From positions 1,216,001-1,280,000 of the forward strand of contig CAWCFX010000001.1 in NCBI GenBank assembly GCA_963795085.1: a stretch of 64,000 nt of DNA, written 5' to 3'. This document shows, piece after piece, positions 41,313 through 50,915 of this stretch; position 1 is the first letter of the stretch, and every line of letters starts with the position of its first letter. Below the pieces are notes generated by a model. That model had not been told where the DNA came from, did no database searches, and saw nothing but the letters and a program-made list of their open reading frames with translations. The translations under genes were made by a program, and so were the position numbers. The stretch comes from an uncultured Gemmatimonadales bacterium (GTDB taxonomy: Bacteria; Gemmatimonadota; Gemmatimonadetes; Gemmatimonadales; GWC2-71-9).

Positions 41313-43592
41313 TCAAAGCGAGGCCGGGGGCGCGCCCAGGCCGACGACCGTCACCGCAAATACCGGGCAGTGCGCGGCCTGCACCACCCGCTCGGTCACG
41401 CTGCCCACCTCGACGTCGATATTTTCCGGGGCCCCTCTCCCCCGGGTGGCCATCATGATCAGGTCGCATCCTTCCGACTCGGCGACCCGGGCAATGGTCC
41501 GGACCGCCCCGGAACCTTCGACCCGGGTTTCCGCGACGAAGCCGATGTTCCGGAGTGCCTCCGCGACCGAGTCGAGGTAGGTCTTGAGTCGCTGGGTCTC
41601 GCCCTCGGTCTCCGGCACCGTGAGCAGCACCAGGGTGCTGTGGAAGTGGCGCGCGAAGATCCGCGCCCAGGGCAGCACTTCTTCCGACTCCTCCGACCCG
41701 TCAAGGCAGACCAGCAGTTTCGCGAACGCGGTGTGCCGACTGGTCCAGGCGTCGGTCGGCCGGATGAGCAGGACCGGCAGCGCGGTCTGGCGCACCACCG
41801 CCGTCGCGATGTTCCGGCCCAGCAGGTGGTCCACCCGCGACCGGCCATGGGTGGCCATGACAATGATATCGGCGTTCCGCTCCATCCCGTGACGGCCGAT
41901 TTCCTCCGGGATGCGCCCTTGTCGGACTGCGGAGTGCACTTGGAGTCCTCCCTTCGCCAAGCCCGAAGAAACGCTCTCGAGGTAGGCCTCGATGGTGGGG
42001 TGCACCCGGGGCGCATCCCCCGCCTGCCCGGTGCCCGGCGGTCGCCGCACCGAGACCAGGTCAATGCTCCCGGTGACCGTCCGCGCCAGCAGTTCCGCCA
42101 CCGGCAGCGCATGCTCGGCCAGGGCCGAACCGTCCAGCGGGACGATGATGCGCTCGAGGCCGAAGTCGTTCTCCGGGAAATCGTAGCGCTGGAACGGAAG
42201 CAGGTACTGGCCGGAGAAGAACCGGCCCAGGTGGGATTCCAGGGGCTCGGGCGGGCCCAGCCGGCTGCGGAAGCGCCCAAAGACGAAGGCCAGCAGTGGA
42301 ATGAACAGGAGATAGGACCACGCGCCTTCGAAGAACCGCTCCTCGAAAATGATGATGGTCGCGGCCGTCGTCAGGAGAGCCGCGCAGACCGTGCCTGCCA
42401 GGGTCGCGGCGCCCCCGGGTGAGAAGGACCGGCGCAACCCGCGAAGGAGGCGTTTGGCGGCGGCCCACCCGGTCATGCTGAGCAGGATAAAGACGCCCGC
42501 CGCGTAGAGGGCGAGGTAGGTCTCCTCATGGGTTCCGAAGAACAGGAACGCGAGTGATACGATCCCGATCTCCACCCAGACCGGCTTGTCCGCTACGTCG
42601 AACCGGTTGCGGATCCCGAGGGATGCGGGGATATAATGCCGGTAGCGGAGCCCGAGGGCGAGGTTCTGAATGCCCTGCGCGCTCGCGGCGGCCGCGGAGG
42701 CGAGGACCAGGACGCCGATCAGGGTGCCCACCCAGGGCAGGGGAGCCGGGAGCAGCTGGTCCATCGTCTGGGTAAACACCGAGACGTGGAGATTGGACGG
42801 ATCGGCCAGTGCCAGGATGGCCGGCCCCACGACGAGCATGGTGAGGCAGGTCGTGCCCATGATGATGACCAGGCTGCCGAAGGCTTTCCGGCTCCGCTCG
42901 CCGCTGGTGCCGTCATAGGCGGCCACCAGGTTGGCGAAGATCTCGATCCCGGTCATCAGGGCGAGGATCCGGGCGAAGCCGCCCAGCGTGAAATGAAAGT
43001 ACTCCGGGGCGAAGGCCCGGAGGTCGAAGGACGGCAGGTGGAAGCCGCGCTGCCAGATGGTGGCCCCGATCATCGTCCAGAGCAGCAGCAGCACCGCGAA
43101 GGTTGCCGGTCCGAAGGCCCGCGCGGCGGTCCGGGGGCCCCGGTTCACCAGCCAGCCGATGGCCAGGCTGATGAGCACCGCGAGCAGGGTCCGGTACGGC
43201 AGCCCGATGACCGAGGTATTCAGCGCCGGGAGCCGGTCGGCCACGAACGTCACCAGGGCGGCGATGCTGACGAGAAAGGTCAGGGTGTACTCGACGAAGG
43301 TGATCCCCGCATTCACCTTGACCGCCCAGGGGCCGAACTCCTCTTCCGTCAGCCCGCTGCCGCCGCTCCCGTCCACTACCCACCGCATCACCAGGCGGTA
43401 CATCGCCGACACCATGATGACCGTAAAGACGACCAGCCATATGCTGGCGCCGAACGTCACCTCGGCGACGCCGGCCAGCACGATCAGCTTGAGGAAGGGC
43501 CCGAAGACGTAGAGGGGGGAGGTAGCGGGATCGCCGCCGCCGGCCAGCGCGCCCTGGAAAGAGTTCGACAGGCGGTGGGAAACGTGGGCCAT
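41313..43592 (-). CDS. APC-superfamily transporter fused to two universal stress protein domains
   Basis: About 12 TM helices, then IIVPLDGS..AE.AL / DIIVMATHGR and LLVCLDGS / DLIMMATRGR..GSV.E.V. Confidence 0.85.
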   Translation of the reverse strand: MAHVSHRLSNSFQGALAGGGDPATSPLYVFGPFLKLIVLAGVAEVTFGASIWLVVFTVIMVSAMYRLVMRWVVDGSGGSGLTEEEFGPWAVKVNAGITFVEYTLTFLVSIAALVTFVADRLPALNTSVIGLPYRTLLAVLISLAIGWLVNRGPRTAARAFGPATFAVLLLLWTMIGATIWQRGFHLPSFDLRAFAPEYFHFTLGGFARILALMTGIEIFANLVAAYDGTSGERSRKAFGSLVIIMGTTCLTMLVVGPAILALADPSNLHVSVFTQTMDQLLPAPLPWVGTLIGVLVLASAAAASAQGIQNLALGLRYRHYIPASLGIRNRFDVADKPVWVEIGIVSLAFLFFGTHEETYLALYAAGVFILLSMTGWAAAKRLLRGLRRSFSPGGAATLAGTVCAALLTTAATIIIFEERFFEGAWSYLLFIPLLAFVFGRFRSRLGPPEPLESHLGRFFSGQYLLPFQRYDFPENDFGLERIIVPLDGSALAEHALPVAELLARTVTGSIDLVSVRRPPGTGQAGDAPRVHPTIEAYLESVSSGLAKGGLQVHSAVRQGRIPEEIGRHGMERNADIIVMATHGRSRVDHLLGRNIATAVVRQTALPVLLIRPTDAWTSRHTAFAKLLVCLDGSEESEEVLPWARIFARHFHSTLVLLTVPETEGETQRLKTYLDSVAEALRNIGFVAETRVEGSGAVRTIARVAESEGCDLIMMATRGRGAPENIDVEVGSVTERVVQAAHCPVFAVTVVGLGAPPASL

Positions 43593-43749
43593 GGCGGGCA
43601 GGATCCGGGTGACGCGCGGGAGGCGGTGCGCGGTGGCACTGCCGGTGCTTACCCCGGTTCACTCCGGGGGCGGGCGGATAATGGGGCCCTTGGCCGCGGA
43701 TCGGAAGCCCCGGCGCCCACCCATGCGGCGGGGCGGCGGGGTGGCCCGC

Positions 43750-43950
43750 TCACTCCCTCCGCTCTTCGCTGTGCAGCACCAGGGTGGCAAACACCGCGAT
43801 GCCACCCAGCACGAGGCCAAGGCCCAGGATCCAGGTGAGCAGGGCAGGGAAGACCATAACGAGCACCCCGCCCAGCATCAGCAGCAGGGCGCCCATCACC
43901 ACGACGACCGGATCACGGTTCCGGATAACGGTATTGATCATGTGGATCAT
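43750..43950 (-). CDS. Small 2-TM membrane protein (66 aa)
   Basis: AAAGGA RBS and two hydrophobic helices; last gene of the asp23 operon. Confidence 0.65.
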   Translation of the reverse strand: MIHMINTVIRNRDPVVVVMGALLLMLGGVLVMVFPALLTWILGLGLVLGGIAVFATLVLHSEERRE

Positions 43951-43963
43951 GAGGATTCCTTTC

Positions 43964-44542
43964 TCATCGAAGCAGCCGGGGCACGGTGCCGCTGGCATGG
44001 GCCTGGACGTGGACCGACACGGCTTCCACGGGCCGCCCCAGGAAACCGTTCATCGCGTCGCGGACCCGGTTTTCCACCTGGCGCATGACTTCCGGTGCGT
44101 TCACGTCCAGCTGGGTCACGACCGCGCACGATACCCGGAGCCCGCTGCTCCGGTCACGCACGCTGGACTGGACGTCCAGCGTGCCGGGAATTTCCCGGAT
44201 GGTCCGCGTCAGCAGTTCGCGGATGGCGGAGATGGCCACCGTCAGCCGCCCCGCCGAACCCGATCGGAGCACGATGGACGGCGGCTGCCGCGCCAGGGTG
44301 GCGGCCTCCAGCCAGAGCAGCACCGGGGCTCCCAGGGCGACCACGAGGGCCGCACCCACCAGCACCGCCCGCCACCCGGTGGACAGCAGCGGCACCTGCC
44401 ACAGGCCGTCCTGGACCCAGGTCCCGAGCCAGGTGACGTACCCCGGGGAGACGAGCCCGGCGCTCACCACGAGCAGGACTACCGCCCCGAGGAAGAGGGC
44501 CAGCAGCACCACGAACGCGAGGACACGGTTGAAGGCGTTCAT
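43964..44542 (-). CDS. Alkaline shock response membrane anchor AmaP-like protein
   Basis: MN.FNR followed by two TM helices and an Asp23-like C-terminal domain (G.L.V...AI). Confidence 0.7.
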   Translation of the reverse strand: MNAFNRVLAFVVLLALFLGAVVLLVVSAGLVSPGYVTWLGTWVQDGLWQVPLLSTGWRAVLVGAALVVALGAPVLLWLEAATLARQPPSIVLRSGSAGRLTVAISAIRELLTRTIREIPGTLDVQSSVRDRSSGLRVSCAVVTQLDVNAPEVMRQVENRVRDAMNGFLGRPVEAVSVHVQAHASGTVPRLLR

Positions 44543-44572
44543 GGGGCTCCTTTCCGGCCATCGCGGGCCATG

Positions 44573-45028
44573 CTATTCCACCCGCGAGGGGCGTTGCCGC
44601 GCGGCCTCGTCCTCGGGAAAGAAGAGATCGCTCACCTCGATGTTGACTTCCTTCACCACCAGACCGGTCATGCCCTGGACCCGCTCGATGATATTGGAGC
44701 GCACGGCGTCGCCCAGCTGGGCGATGTTCACCCCGTAATCCACTTCCAACGCGAGGTCCACGGCGGTTTCCCGCTTGCCGACCTCGACTGAGACGCCGCG
44801 TCCGCGGGTATCGCTGCCCATGACCCGCTGGGCCAGTCCCGCCACCCGGGCACCCACCCCGCCGGCCACCATGCCATGGACACCGGGGATTTCCCGGGCC
44901 GCGATGGCGGCGATCTTGGCCACCACCGTGTCCGTAATGGTGGTCGCGCCCTTGTCACTGACCAGCCCGGGCGACTGCAGCCGGGTCTTGTTCTCCGGCC
45001 GTGTCATCGTATTCGTTGAGTCAACCAT
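44573..45028 (-). CDS. Asp23/Gls24 envelope stress response protein
   Basis: G.T.I.D.VVAKIA..AAREI.GV, GV.VEVG, VDL...V.YG and MTGL.V.EVNI.V.D; AAAGGAG RBS. Confidence 0.92.
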   Translation of the reverse strand: MVDSTNTMTRPENKTRLQSPGLVSDKGATTITDTVVAKIAAIAAREIPGVHGMVAGGVGARVAGLAQRVMGSDTRGRGVSVEVGKRETAVDLALEVDYGVNIAQLGDAVRSNIIERVQGMTGLVVKEVNIEVSDLFFPEDEAARQRPSRVE

Positions 45029-45067
45029 GATTTTCTGGTCTCCTTTCAAGAGATATAGGTCCTGCCG

Positions 45068-47782
45068 TTACCAGCCCCACTGGGCGCCGAGCAGCAGGCG
45101 ATTCAGGTCGAAGAGGTCAATGCCCTGATGCTCCAGGAAAATCCGGGGCTGACCCATCCACTCGGTGCCGGACCAGGTGCCGAAATCGGCACTGAAGCCA
45201 TACGCGAAGTTGAGCACGCCTTCGGTGCCGCCGGCGCCGCCGGCCGTCTCCGAGAACGTGATGATGCCGAGTCCCAGCCGGGTCACCGGCACCAGCGTGA
45301 CACTTCTGCTCAGGGCCAGTGAGGGCAGCCGGTATTCCACGTTGAGTGCCGCCATGAGGGAGGTGGTGCCGCCCCCAAAGCCGAAGGCCAGTTCCGGAAC
45401 GACATGCACCGGGACCTTGCGGCTGGCCTGGCCGAGGTCCACGCGGCCCCCCAGGATCCACTGTTTCGGACGCTCCAGGCCGAACCCGGTATACGCCGAG
45501 GGCGACTGGATAGTCCGCGCGACAGAGGAACGTCGCGGCACCTCCACCACGGTTACCCGGGTGGAATCCGTGCCCTCCTGTCCGGGCTGGACCACCACCA
45601 CCTGGGGGTCAGCCGGCGAAATGATCTGCTGCGGGGTCCGGTTGTCGAGCTCCGCCATCCGGCGGCGGACCTCCAACTCGACCCGGTCGTCGATCATGGC
45701 CTCCAGCCGCCGTTCATCGAGCGCGGGCTGGGCCGGCGCCGGCGTCACCGCGGGGGTGGCCTGGCGCTGCTGCTGGAGCAGGAACTGCTGCTGCTGCAGG
45801 TCTCGCTGCGCCTGCCGCTCCAGCATCGTGTCGATCCGGGCCTGCAACCGGCCGCTGAGCGCCGCGAACTGGGCTTCGGTCAGGGCGGCCGAGCCGGTGG
45901 TATCCCGGCGCGGGGCAGGAGCGCGCTCCAGCTCGGAACGGATCAGGCGCTGGATGCCGGCGGAATCGATCCCGGGCCGGCGCTGGGCCAGCGTATCAAT
46001 GCGGGCCAGCAGCGCCCGGTACATGAGTGCGCTGGAATCGGGGCCGGCTGCCGGGGCCGCCTGCACCCTTGCCTGGACCCGCAGGGAATCGAGTTCCCGG
46101 CGCTGCTGCACCAGGCTGTCCATCCGGGCCATGAGGGCCTGGAGCAGGCTGGAATCAGGGTTGGCACGCTGGGCGCCGGCCAATGCGGCTCTCAGTGAGT
46201 CCGACCGCAGGCGCAGTACGACCGAGTCGGTCGGGGACTCCACGGCCGGCCCCTTGGACGCCGCAAGCATTTCGTCACGGAGAATGCTGCGCAGTTCCTG
46301 CCGCAACGTTTCCCGGTTGATGGGCGCCGGCTCCCGCTCCCGCACCATGCCCGCGGCTATACCTCCTTCGGGCCTCGGAGTGCCGTACCGGATATAGATC
46401 TCGCCCTCCGAGGGGATCGGGATAGTGGCCGACTTGGCGGAGACGAACCCGCTGGCCAGGGTGTCCCGGATGAGGTCGCGCGTTTCCAGTCGGGGCGCCG
46501 CTTTGGCGGCCACGGCCGGACGCGGCTGGGCAGTGTCCGCTGCCACGGGCGCCGGTGCCTCGGCGACGGGCCGGACGGTCGGTGTCGGCGCCGACCGGCT
46601 GTTGCCGATGGCGTAACTGACGCCGGCGCTCAACATGAGGTTGTGGGTAATGTCGTCGGTGCTGCTCACCTGTCCGGCATTCATCTGGCCGAGGATGTAG
46701 TCGCGGGCGGTGAGGTTCAGCCGCAGCTGCTCGGTGAGCCGGAGGCCGACGCCGCCCCCGATGCTCAGGAAGGTCTCGTCGGCCGGCCAGACGCCGTTCG
46801 CGTCACGGTAGGCGCCCAGGAAATTGAGGCGGCCCGCCCCGGCCACGAGGAACGGCGCGAGGCCATTGCCCGTGTTCAGGTTGAACTGGGCCTCGCCGCC
46901 ATACCCGGCGATCGGGTCGGTGTCGCCGAACCCTGAGGTGGCGCCTCTCCAATAGAACCCCCGCACCCCGACGAAGGGGCCGAAGTCCACGCCGGCCCGG
47001 AGGCCGACCAGCGCCTGGTCCGAAAAGGCGTCGTTGGAGAACTTGAGCTCGCCCGCATAGGGCTCCACCCGGACCGCAGCGAACGACCAGTCGGAAGACC
47101 GCGCCGCCGAGGCGGAGTAGTTTCTCCCCCCGAGCGCGTAGCCCAGTCCCACGCTAATCGCGAGGTTGTCGCGCTGATCCCGTGCCTCGGCATCGGTAGG
47201 ATACGTTCCGCTGAGCCCGCCGGGCGCGAGCAGGTATCGGTCCATCCGGAACCGAACGTCCTGCACCATCAGTTCCGCTCGGAGCCGGTCCGTCACGTCC
47301 ATGCGGATACCGCCGCCCAGCGCCAGGGTGACCTGGCTGGTCCGGGCTCCCTCGTCCGGATCAAAGCGGAGGACCCCACCGCCTACCTGGAGGAAGGGAA
47401 CCAGCCGGCTGTGGCCAAACGCGTAGTCCAGGGTGGCCCCGTACCGCAGCAGGTCCACGCCCTGGTTTCCGACCTGGTTTCCGCTGGTGTCCTGCAACCC
47501 GGTGCGGTTCAATTCGGTCTCGATCCCCGAGCGGGCAAACCCGAAGCCCCGAAGCGAGAGCCCGCTCCCGAAGTCGAGCGCGACGCCGATTCCCGGCAGG
47601 GTGGCATCGGCCATGCCGAGGTCATCGTGCCAGAGGATGTGCTGTACGGATGGCGTCAGGGTGGAGCGCACGCCCTGGGCGGCGAGGGGCGACGCCAGCA
47701 CAACGCTGGCGGCGACCGCCAGCCACGCTGGCATTCGGCGGGCACTCCTCCGGTGTCTGCGACGGAAAACAGAACTGGACAT
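45068..47782 (-). CDS. Large secreted protein with about 3 outer-membrane beta-barrel domains and a central coiled coil
   Basis: Signal peptide (..PLAAQ); two N-terminal barrel-like repeats (L.PF...G.G...F); Gln/Arg-rich helical middle; C-terminal barrel ending in W; GGGAG RBS. Confidence 0.7.
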   Translation of the reverse strand: MSSSVFRRRHRRSARRMPAWLAVAASVVLASPLAAQGVRSTLTPSVQHILWHDDLGMADATLPGIGVALDFGSGLSLRGFGFARSGIETELNRTGLQDTSGNQVGNQGVDLLRYGATLDYAFGHSRLVPFLQVGGGVLRFDPDEGARTSQVTLALGGGIRMDVTDRLRAELMVQDVRFRMDRYLLAPGGLSGTYPTDAEARDQRDNLAISVGLGYALGGRNYSASAARSSDWSFAAVRVEPYAGELKFSNDAFSDQALVGLRAGVDFGPFVGVRGFYWRGATSGFGDTDPIAGYGGEAQFNLNTGNGLAPFLVAGAGRLNFLGAYRDANGVWPADETFLSIGGGVGLRLTEQLRLNLTARDYILGQMNAGQVSSTDDITHNLMLSAGVSYAIGNSRSAPTPTVRPVAEAPAPVAADTAQPRPAVAAKAAPRLETRDLIRDTLASGFVSAKSATIPIPSEGEIYIRYGTPRPEGGIAAGMVREREPAPINRETLRQELRSILRDEMLAASKGPAVESPTDSVVLRLRSDSLRAALAGAQRANPDSSLLQALMARMDSLVQQRRELDSLRVQARVQAAPAAGPDSSALMYRALLARIDTLAQRRPGIDSAGIQRLIRSELERAPAPRRDTTGSAALTEAQFAALSGRLQARIDTMLERQAQRDLQQQQFLLQQQRQATPAVTPAPAQPALDERRLEAMIDDRVELEVRRRMAELDNRTPQQIISPADPQVVVVQPGQEGTDSTRVTVVEVPRRSSVARTIQSPSAYTGFGLERPKQWILGGRVDLGQASRKVPVHVVPELAFGFGGGTTSLMAALNVEYRLPSLALSRSVTLVPVTRLGLGIITFSETAGGAGGTEGVLNFAYGFSADFGTWSGTEWMGQPRIFLEHQGIDLFDLNRLLLGAQWGW

Positions 47783-48102
47783 AGGCACTCCCTGTTAGAG
47801 GGAGAGCGCAGGCTGTCTCGCGGAACCGTTCGGTCAGACTCCCGGTATGAGACGTGACGGGAAAGCCCAGAGGCAAGAAAACCCAGAACGGATCTGACAG
47901 CACAACGCTCTCGCGTGATGAGCGAGACATTGGCTATCACCGCACCAGGTTTCAGGGCGCTGTATTGCGCCGGCTGGATCACTCTGCCGGGCATTGGAGC
48001 CCGGCGATGCCCCGAAGGGGCTGGAGATCACGGAGGGTGTACCGGCCGGCGCAAGGAAGTTCGCGTTGCGGCCTTGACAGGGAGTATAATCGGGTGGGGC
48101 GA

Positions 48103-48447
48103 TTACCGCAAGTGCTTGTTGCTCAAAGAGTTATCGTTCACGGTATCTTCACGGTTCCGCCGCCGCCTCGCCACCGCCATGGCGGCTAGCGTTCCCCCCA
48201 TGGCCAGCCCGGTCAACAGCAGCGGAATGAGCGGCGAAGCCCTCCGCTGGAAGAACGCGGCCATGCCCTCCATCAGCGACAGCCCACTGAACGCGATCAG
48301 GGCCAGGACGCTGCCCGAAACGGCGAACATGAAGGCCTCGAAGACCGTGACCATGCCCCGGTGGGCCGGGCCGGTCAACCGCAGGGTAGCCAGGCCGGCC
48401 AGTCCTCCGGCGATGCCGGCGATCCAGGCGGCGGCGGTGAAGCTCAT
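48103..48447 (-). CDS. Small 3-TM membrane protein
   Basis: The ATG overlaps the carbonic anhydrase stop; three hydrophobic helices. Confidence 0.55.
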   Translation of the reverse strand: MSFTAAAWIAGIAGGLAGLATLRLTGPAHRGMVTVFEAFMFAVSGSVLALIAFSGLSLMEGMAAFFQRRASPLIPLLLTGLAMGGTLAAMAVARRRRNREDTVNDNSLSNKHLR

Positions 48448-49061
48448 AACCCGTCGAAAAAATCGACGCGGCCTGTTTCCAGCGAGTACTCGGCGCCCGC
48501 CACGAGGAGTCCCTGGTCGGCGATCAGCTGTTCCAGCAGGCGGGAGCCATGGCGCAGGTGGTCCACCGAGGCGCGGATGTTGGCGCGGACCGCCTGGTTG
48601 ACCAGCGCCGGGACATCGTGGCGCAGGTCGGTGGCGAGGAGGCCCTCCACCGAAGGCCGCACCCGGTCCACGATGGAGCGGATGTTCCGGGAGTGCTCGC
48701 CGCCCGGGTTGCGGAGGTCGTCGAGCGTCGCCTGGATGGCTCCGCACTGGGAATGCCCCAGCACCACCACCAGCCGGGTGCCGAAGCGGTCGGCGGCGAA
48801 TTCCACGCTGCCGACCTGGGACGGGGCCACGATATTTCCCGCGACCCGGATGACGAAGAGGTCGCCCAGCCCCTGGTCAAAGACGATCTCGGCGGGCACC
48901 CGTGAGTCGGAGCAGCCCAGGATGATGGCGAAGGGTTCCTGGGCCGCCGCCAGCTCCGCGAGGCGGGTCCGGCTGACAAAGGTGTCGGACCCGCGGATGT
49001 TGGCGGCGAAACGGGCGTTGCCCTCCTGCAGCCGGGCCAGGGCTTCCCGGGCCGGGATCAC
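48444..49061 (-). CDS. Beta-class carbonic anhydrase
   Basis: GN.RF, CSDSRVP, GDLFVIRVAGN and GHSQCGA. Confidence 0.95.
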   Translation of the reverse strand: MIPAREALARLQEGNARFAANIRGSDTFVSRTRLAELAAAQEPFAIILGCSDSRVPAEIVFDQGLGDLFVIRVAGNIVAPSQVGSVEFAADRFGTRLVVVLGHSQCGAIQATLDDLRNPGGEHSRNIRSIVDRVRPSVEGLLATDLRHDVPALVNQAVRANIRASVDHLRHGSRLLEQLIADQGLLVAGAEYSLETGRVDFFDGL

Positions 49062-49071
49062 GCCGCGATCC

Positions 49072-49548
49072 TCACGGCGCGGGGGACGGTGCGTCGTTCC
49101 ACGTGTCCACCACGTTGCGCCAGGTGCCGCCCGCGTCTTTCCGCCAGACGGTCACCGCCTTGCCGTGCATGGTCAAGGGCTGGCCCGCCGAATCGTTCAC
49201 CGTCACGACATTCCGCTCCAGCATGTAGGCGAGGTCCCCGCTTTCCGCGACATGGACGCTCTCCGGCTCCCACCGGATCTGGAAGCCGGGCACCTGCTGG
49301 GAACCCTCCACGTACTCCCGGATGGCCGCCCGCCCGCGGAGCGCGGGGCCCCCGGGGGGGAGCAATACGGCGTCCTCCGCCCAGTAGGTCATGATGCTGT
49401 CCAGGTCGCCGGTCGCCGCGAGGGCGGACCAGTCCCGGCTGCGCTGCATCAGGAGGGCGCCCTCGGCGTCCCGGTCCACCGTCGGGCCGGCGCAGGATAT
49501 GACCAGCAGTGACAATAACAGGCAGGCTCTTCCTGCGAGGCGGTTCAT
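49072..49548 (-). CDS. YybH/DUF4440 (SnoaL-like) lipoprotein
   Basis: Lipobox ISC; DAVLLPPG, SGDLAY and GK.VTVWRK...G.W. Confidence 0.8.
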   Translation of the reverse strand: MNRLAGRACLLLSLLVISCAGPTVDRDAEGALLMQRSRDWSALAATGDLDSIMTYWAEDAVLLPPGGPALRGRAAIREYVEGSQQVPGFQIRWEPESVHVAESGDLAYMLERNVVTVNDSAGQPLTMHGKAVTVWRKDAGGTWRNVVDTWNDAPSPAP

Positions 49549-49684
49549 GAGCAGCTCCCGACAACGGATAACGCGGCGCGGGCCCGGATGCCCCGGGCCC
49601 GGCGGCGATGGGATCGGACGGAGGTGCAATTATAACCGCGGCCCGAGGATCGAGAAACCGCGTCGGCGGAGCCCGTGGAGCCGC

Positions 49685-50680
49685 TCAGTGCAGGCGCGGC
49701 CCGACCCCCGCGCCCAGGATAAGTCCAAATTGGTGCTGGCCGCTGCTGCTCTGGAACCAGAACGTCCGGCTGAGCAGCGTGACCGAAATACGCTCGCTCG
49801 CAAAGATCTCGCTTCCGGCGCCGACATGGACACCGGCGCGGAGCCCCGCGTCGGGCCCGTCCAGGAACCCCGGCAGGAAGGGTCCCAGCGCGATGTACGG
49901 CCGGCCCCACCGGGGCGTCGCCGCCAGTTCCGCCGCCGGGATCATGAGATAGGCGGTGGTCGCCTCGGGCGAGGTTCCCGGGCCGGCTGTGGCCGCCTCC
50001 AGCCCCACGGCGGCAATATCCACCGAGAGGGAAGAGTGGGCGCTCTTATCCCGCCGGAGCCGGACGCCCGCTACTGCGGAGGAGGCGACGTAGGGGCCGT
50101 TGCCCAGCCGGCTGAGGCTGCCGACGAACGGGGCCACGACGCCTGGCTTGCCTTCCGATGGCCGGAGGGTGCCCATCCCGACGTGCATGCCGGCGCGATA
50201 CTCCACGTTGCGGATCTGGTCGTCACTGCGCAGCCTGGCCTCCACTGATGCCGATACCCGGTCGGAGAGCCCGGCGCGAAGTCCGAACCCGGCGATGAAA
50301 CCGAACCCCCATTCCGTCGTGGACGGCGCCAGCAGGCCGGGCGCCGTGGTATAGCGGAACGCCGCGATGCCGGTCTGGACATAAGGCGCGATTCCGGAGG
50401 CACCCACCGGGTACCAGTTGCTCTCGAGGGCCAGGGCAAGGGCACCCTCCCCGTTGCCGAACCGCGCGCCCGGCCAGCGGGTCGCGGTCAGCGCGATTTC
50501 GTTTTCGCTCTGGGAGAGATATCCCAGCTGCAGGCCGTAGCCCGAGGACGAACGGTCTCCCGAAGCCTCGGACTGGAAGACGCTGCCGACCACTCCCAGC
50601 CGCAGCGTCCGCTGCGCTTCCGCGGCGGTGCCGGGCACCGCGATCAGGACGCTCAGGATACAGGTCAAAGGCCGACGCAT
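49685..50680 (-). CDS. Secreted protein with two predicted outer-membrane beta-barrel repeats
   Basis: Signal peptide and two beta-rich halves each containing a PY...G motif. Confidence 0.6.
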   Translation of the reverse strand: MRRPLTCILSVLIAVPGTAAEAQRTLRLGVVGSVFQSEASGDRSSSGYGLQLGYLSQSENEIALTATRWPGARFGNGEGALALALESNWYPVGASGIAPYVQTGIAAFRYTTAPGLLAPSTTEWGFGFIAGFGLRAGLSDRVSASVEARLRSDDQIRNVEYRAGMHVGMGTLRPSEGKPGVVAPFVGSLSRLGNGPYVASSAVAGVRLRRDKSAHSSLSVDIAAVGLEAATAGPGTSPEATTAYLMIPAAELAATPRWGRPYIALGPFLPGFLDGPDAGLRAGVHVGAGSEIFASERISVTLLSRTFWFQSSSGQHQFGLILGAGVGPRLH

Positions 50681-50778
50681 GGCCACGCTCCGGGATGCAG
50701 GTGAAGTCAGGTCGTTGGGGACGTGACATTCACTAGCAGGGTATGTGCCGTGGACGGGAGCGAAAAACCTGCGGGTAT

Positions 50779-50794
50779 GGTGATCTGGATCACA
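50779..50794. promoter_or_regulatory. CRP-family binding site
   Basis: GGTGATCTGGATCACA matches TGTGATCTAGATCACA at 14 of 16 positions; intergenic, about 100 bp upstream of the ATG at 50680. Confidence 0.6.
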
Positions 50795-50915
50795 CTGGGA
50801 TGTGATGCGCGCGGCACCCGGGGCGTGCGTGTGGCAGGCCGCGTACATCACTGGAACGAAATGTTTCGACCGTGCCCGGCGACCAGAATGGCGGTTTCCG
50901 GTCCGCGCCGTCTCC

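Noticed and set aside
48074..48090. Perfect TTGACA and TATAAT hexamers close together
   Set aside because: The spacing is only 5 nt rather than 16-18, and they point into the 3' end of a convergent gene, so this is not a canonical sigma70 promoter.
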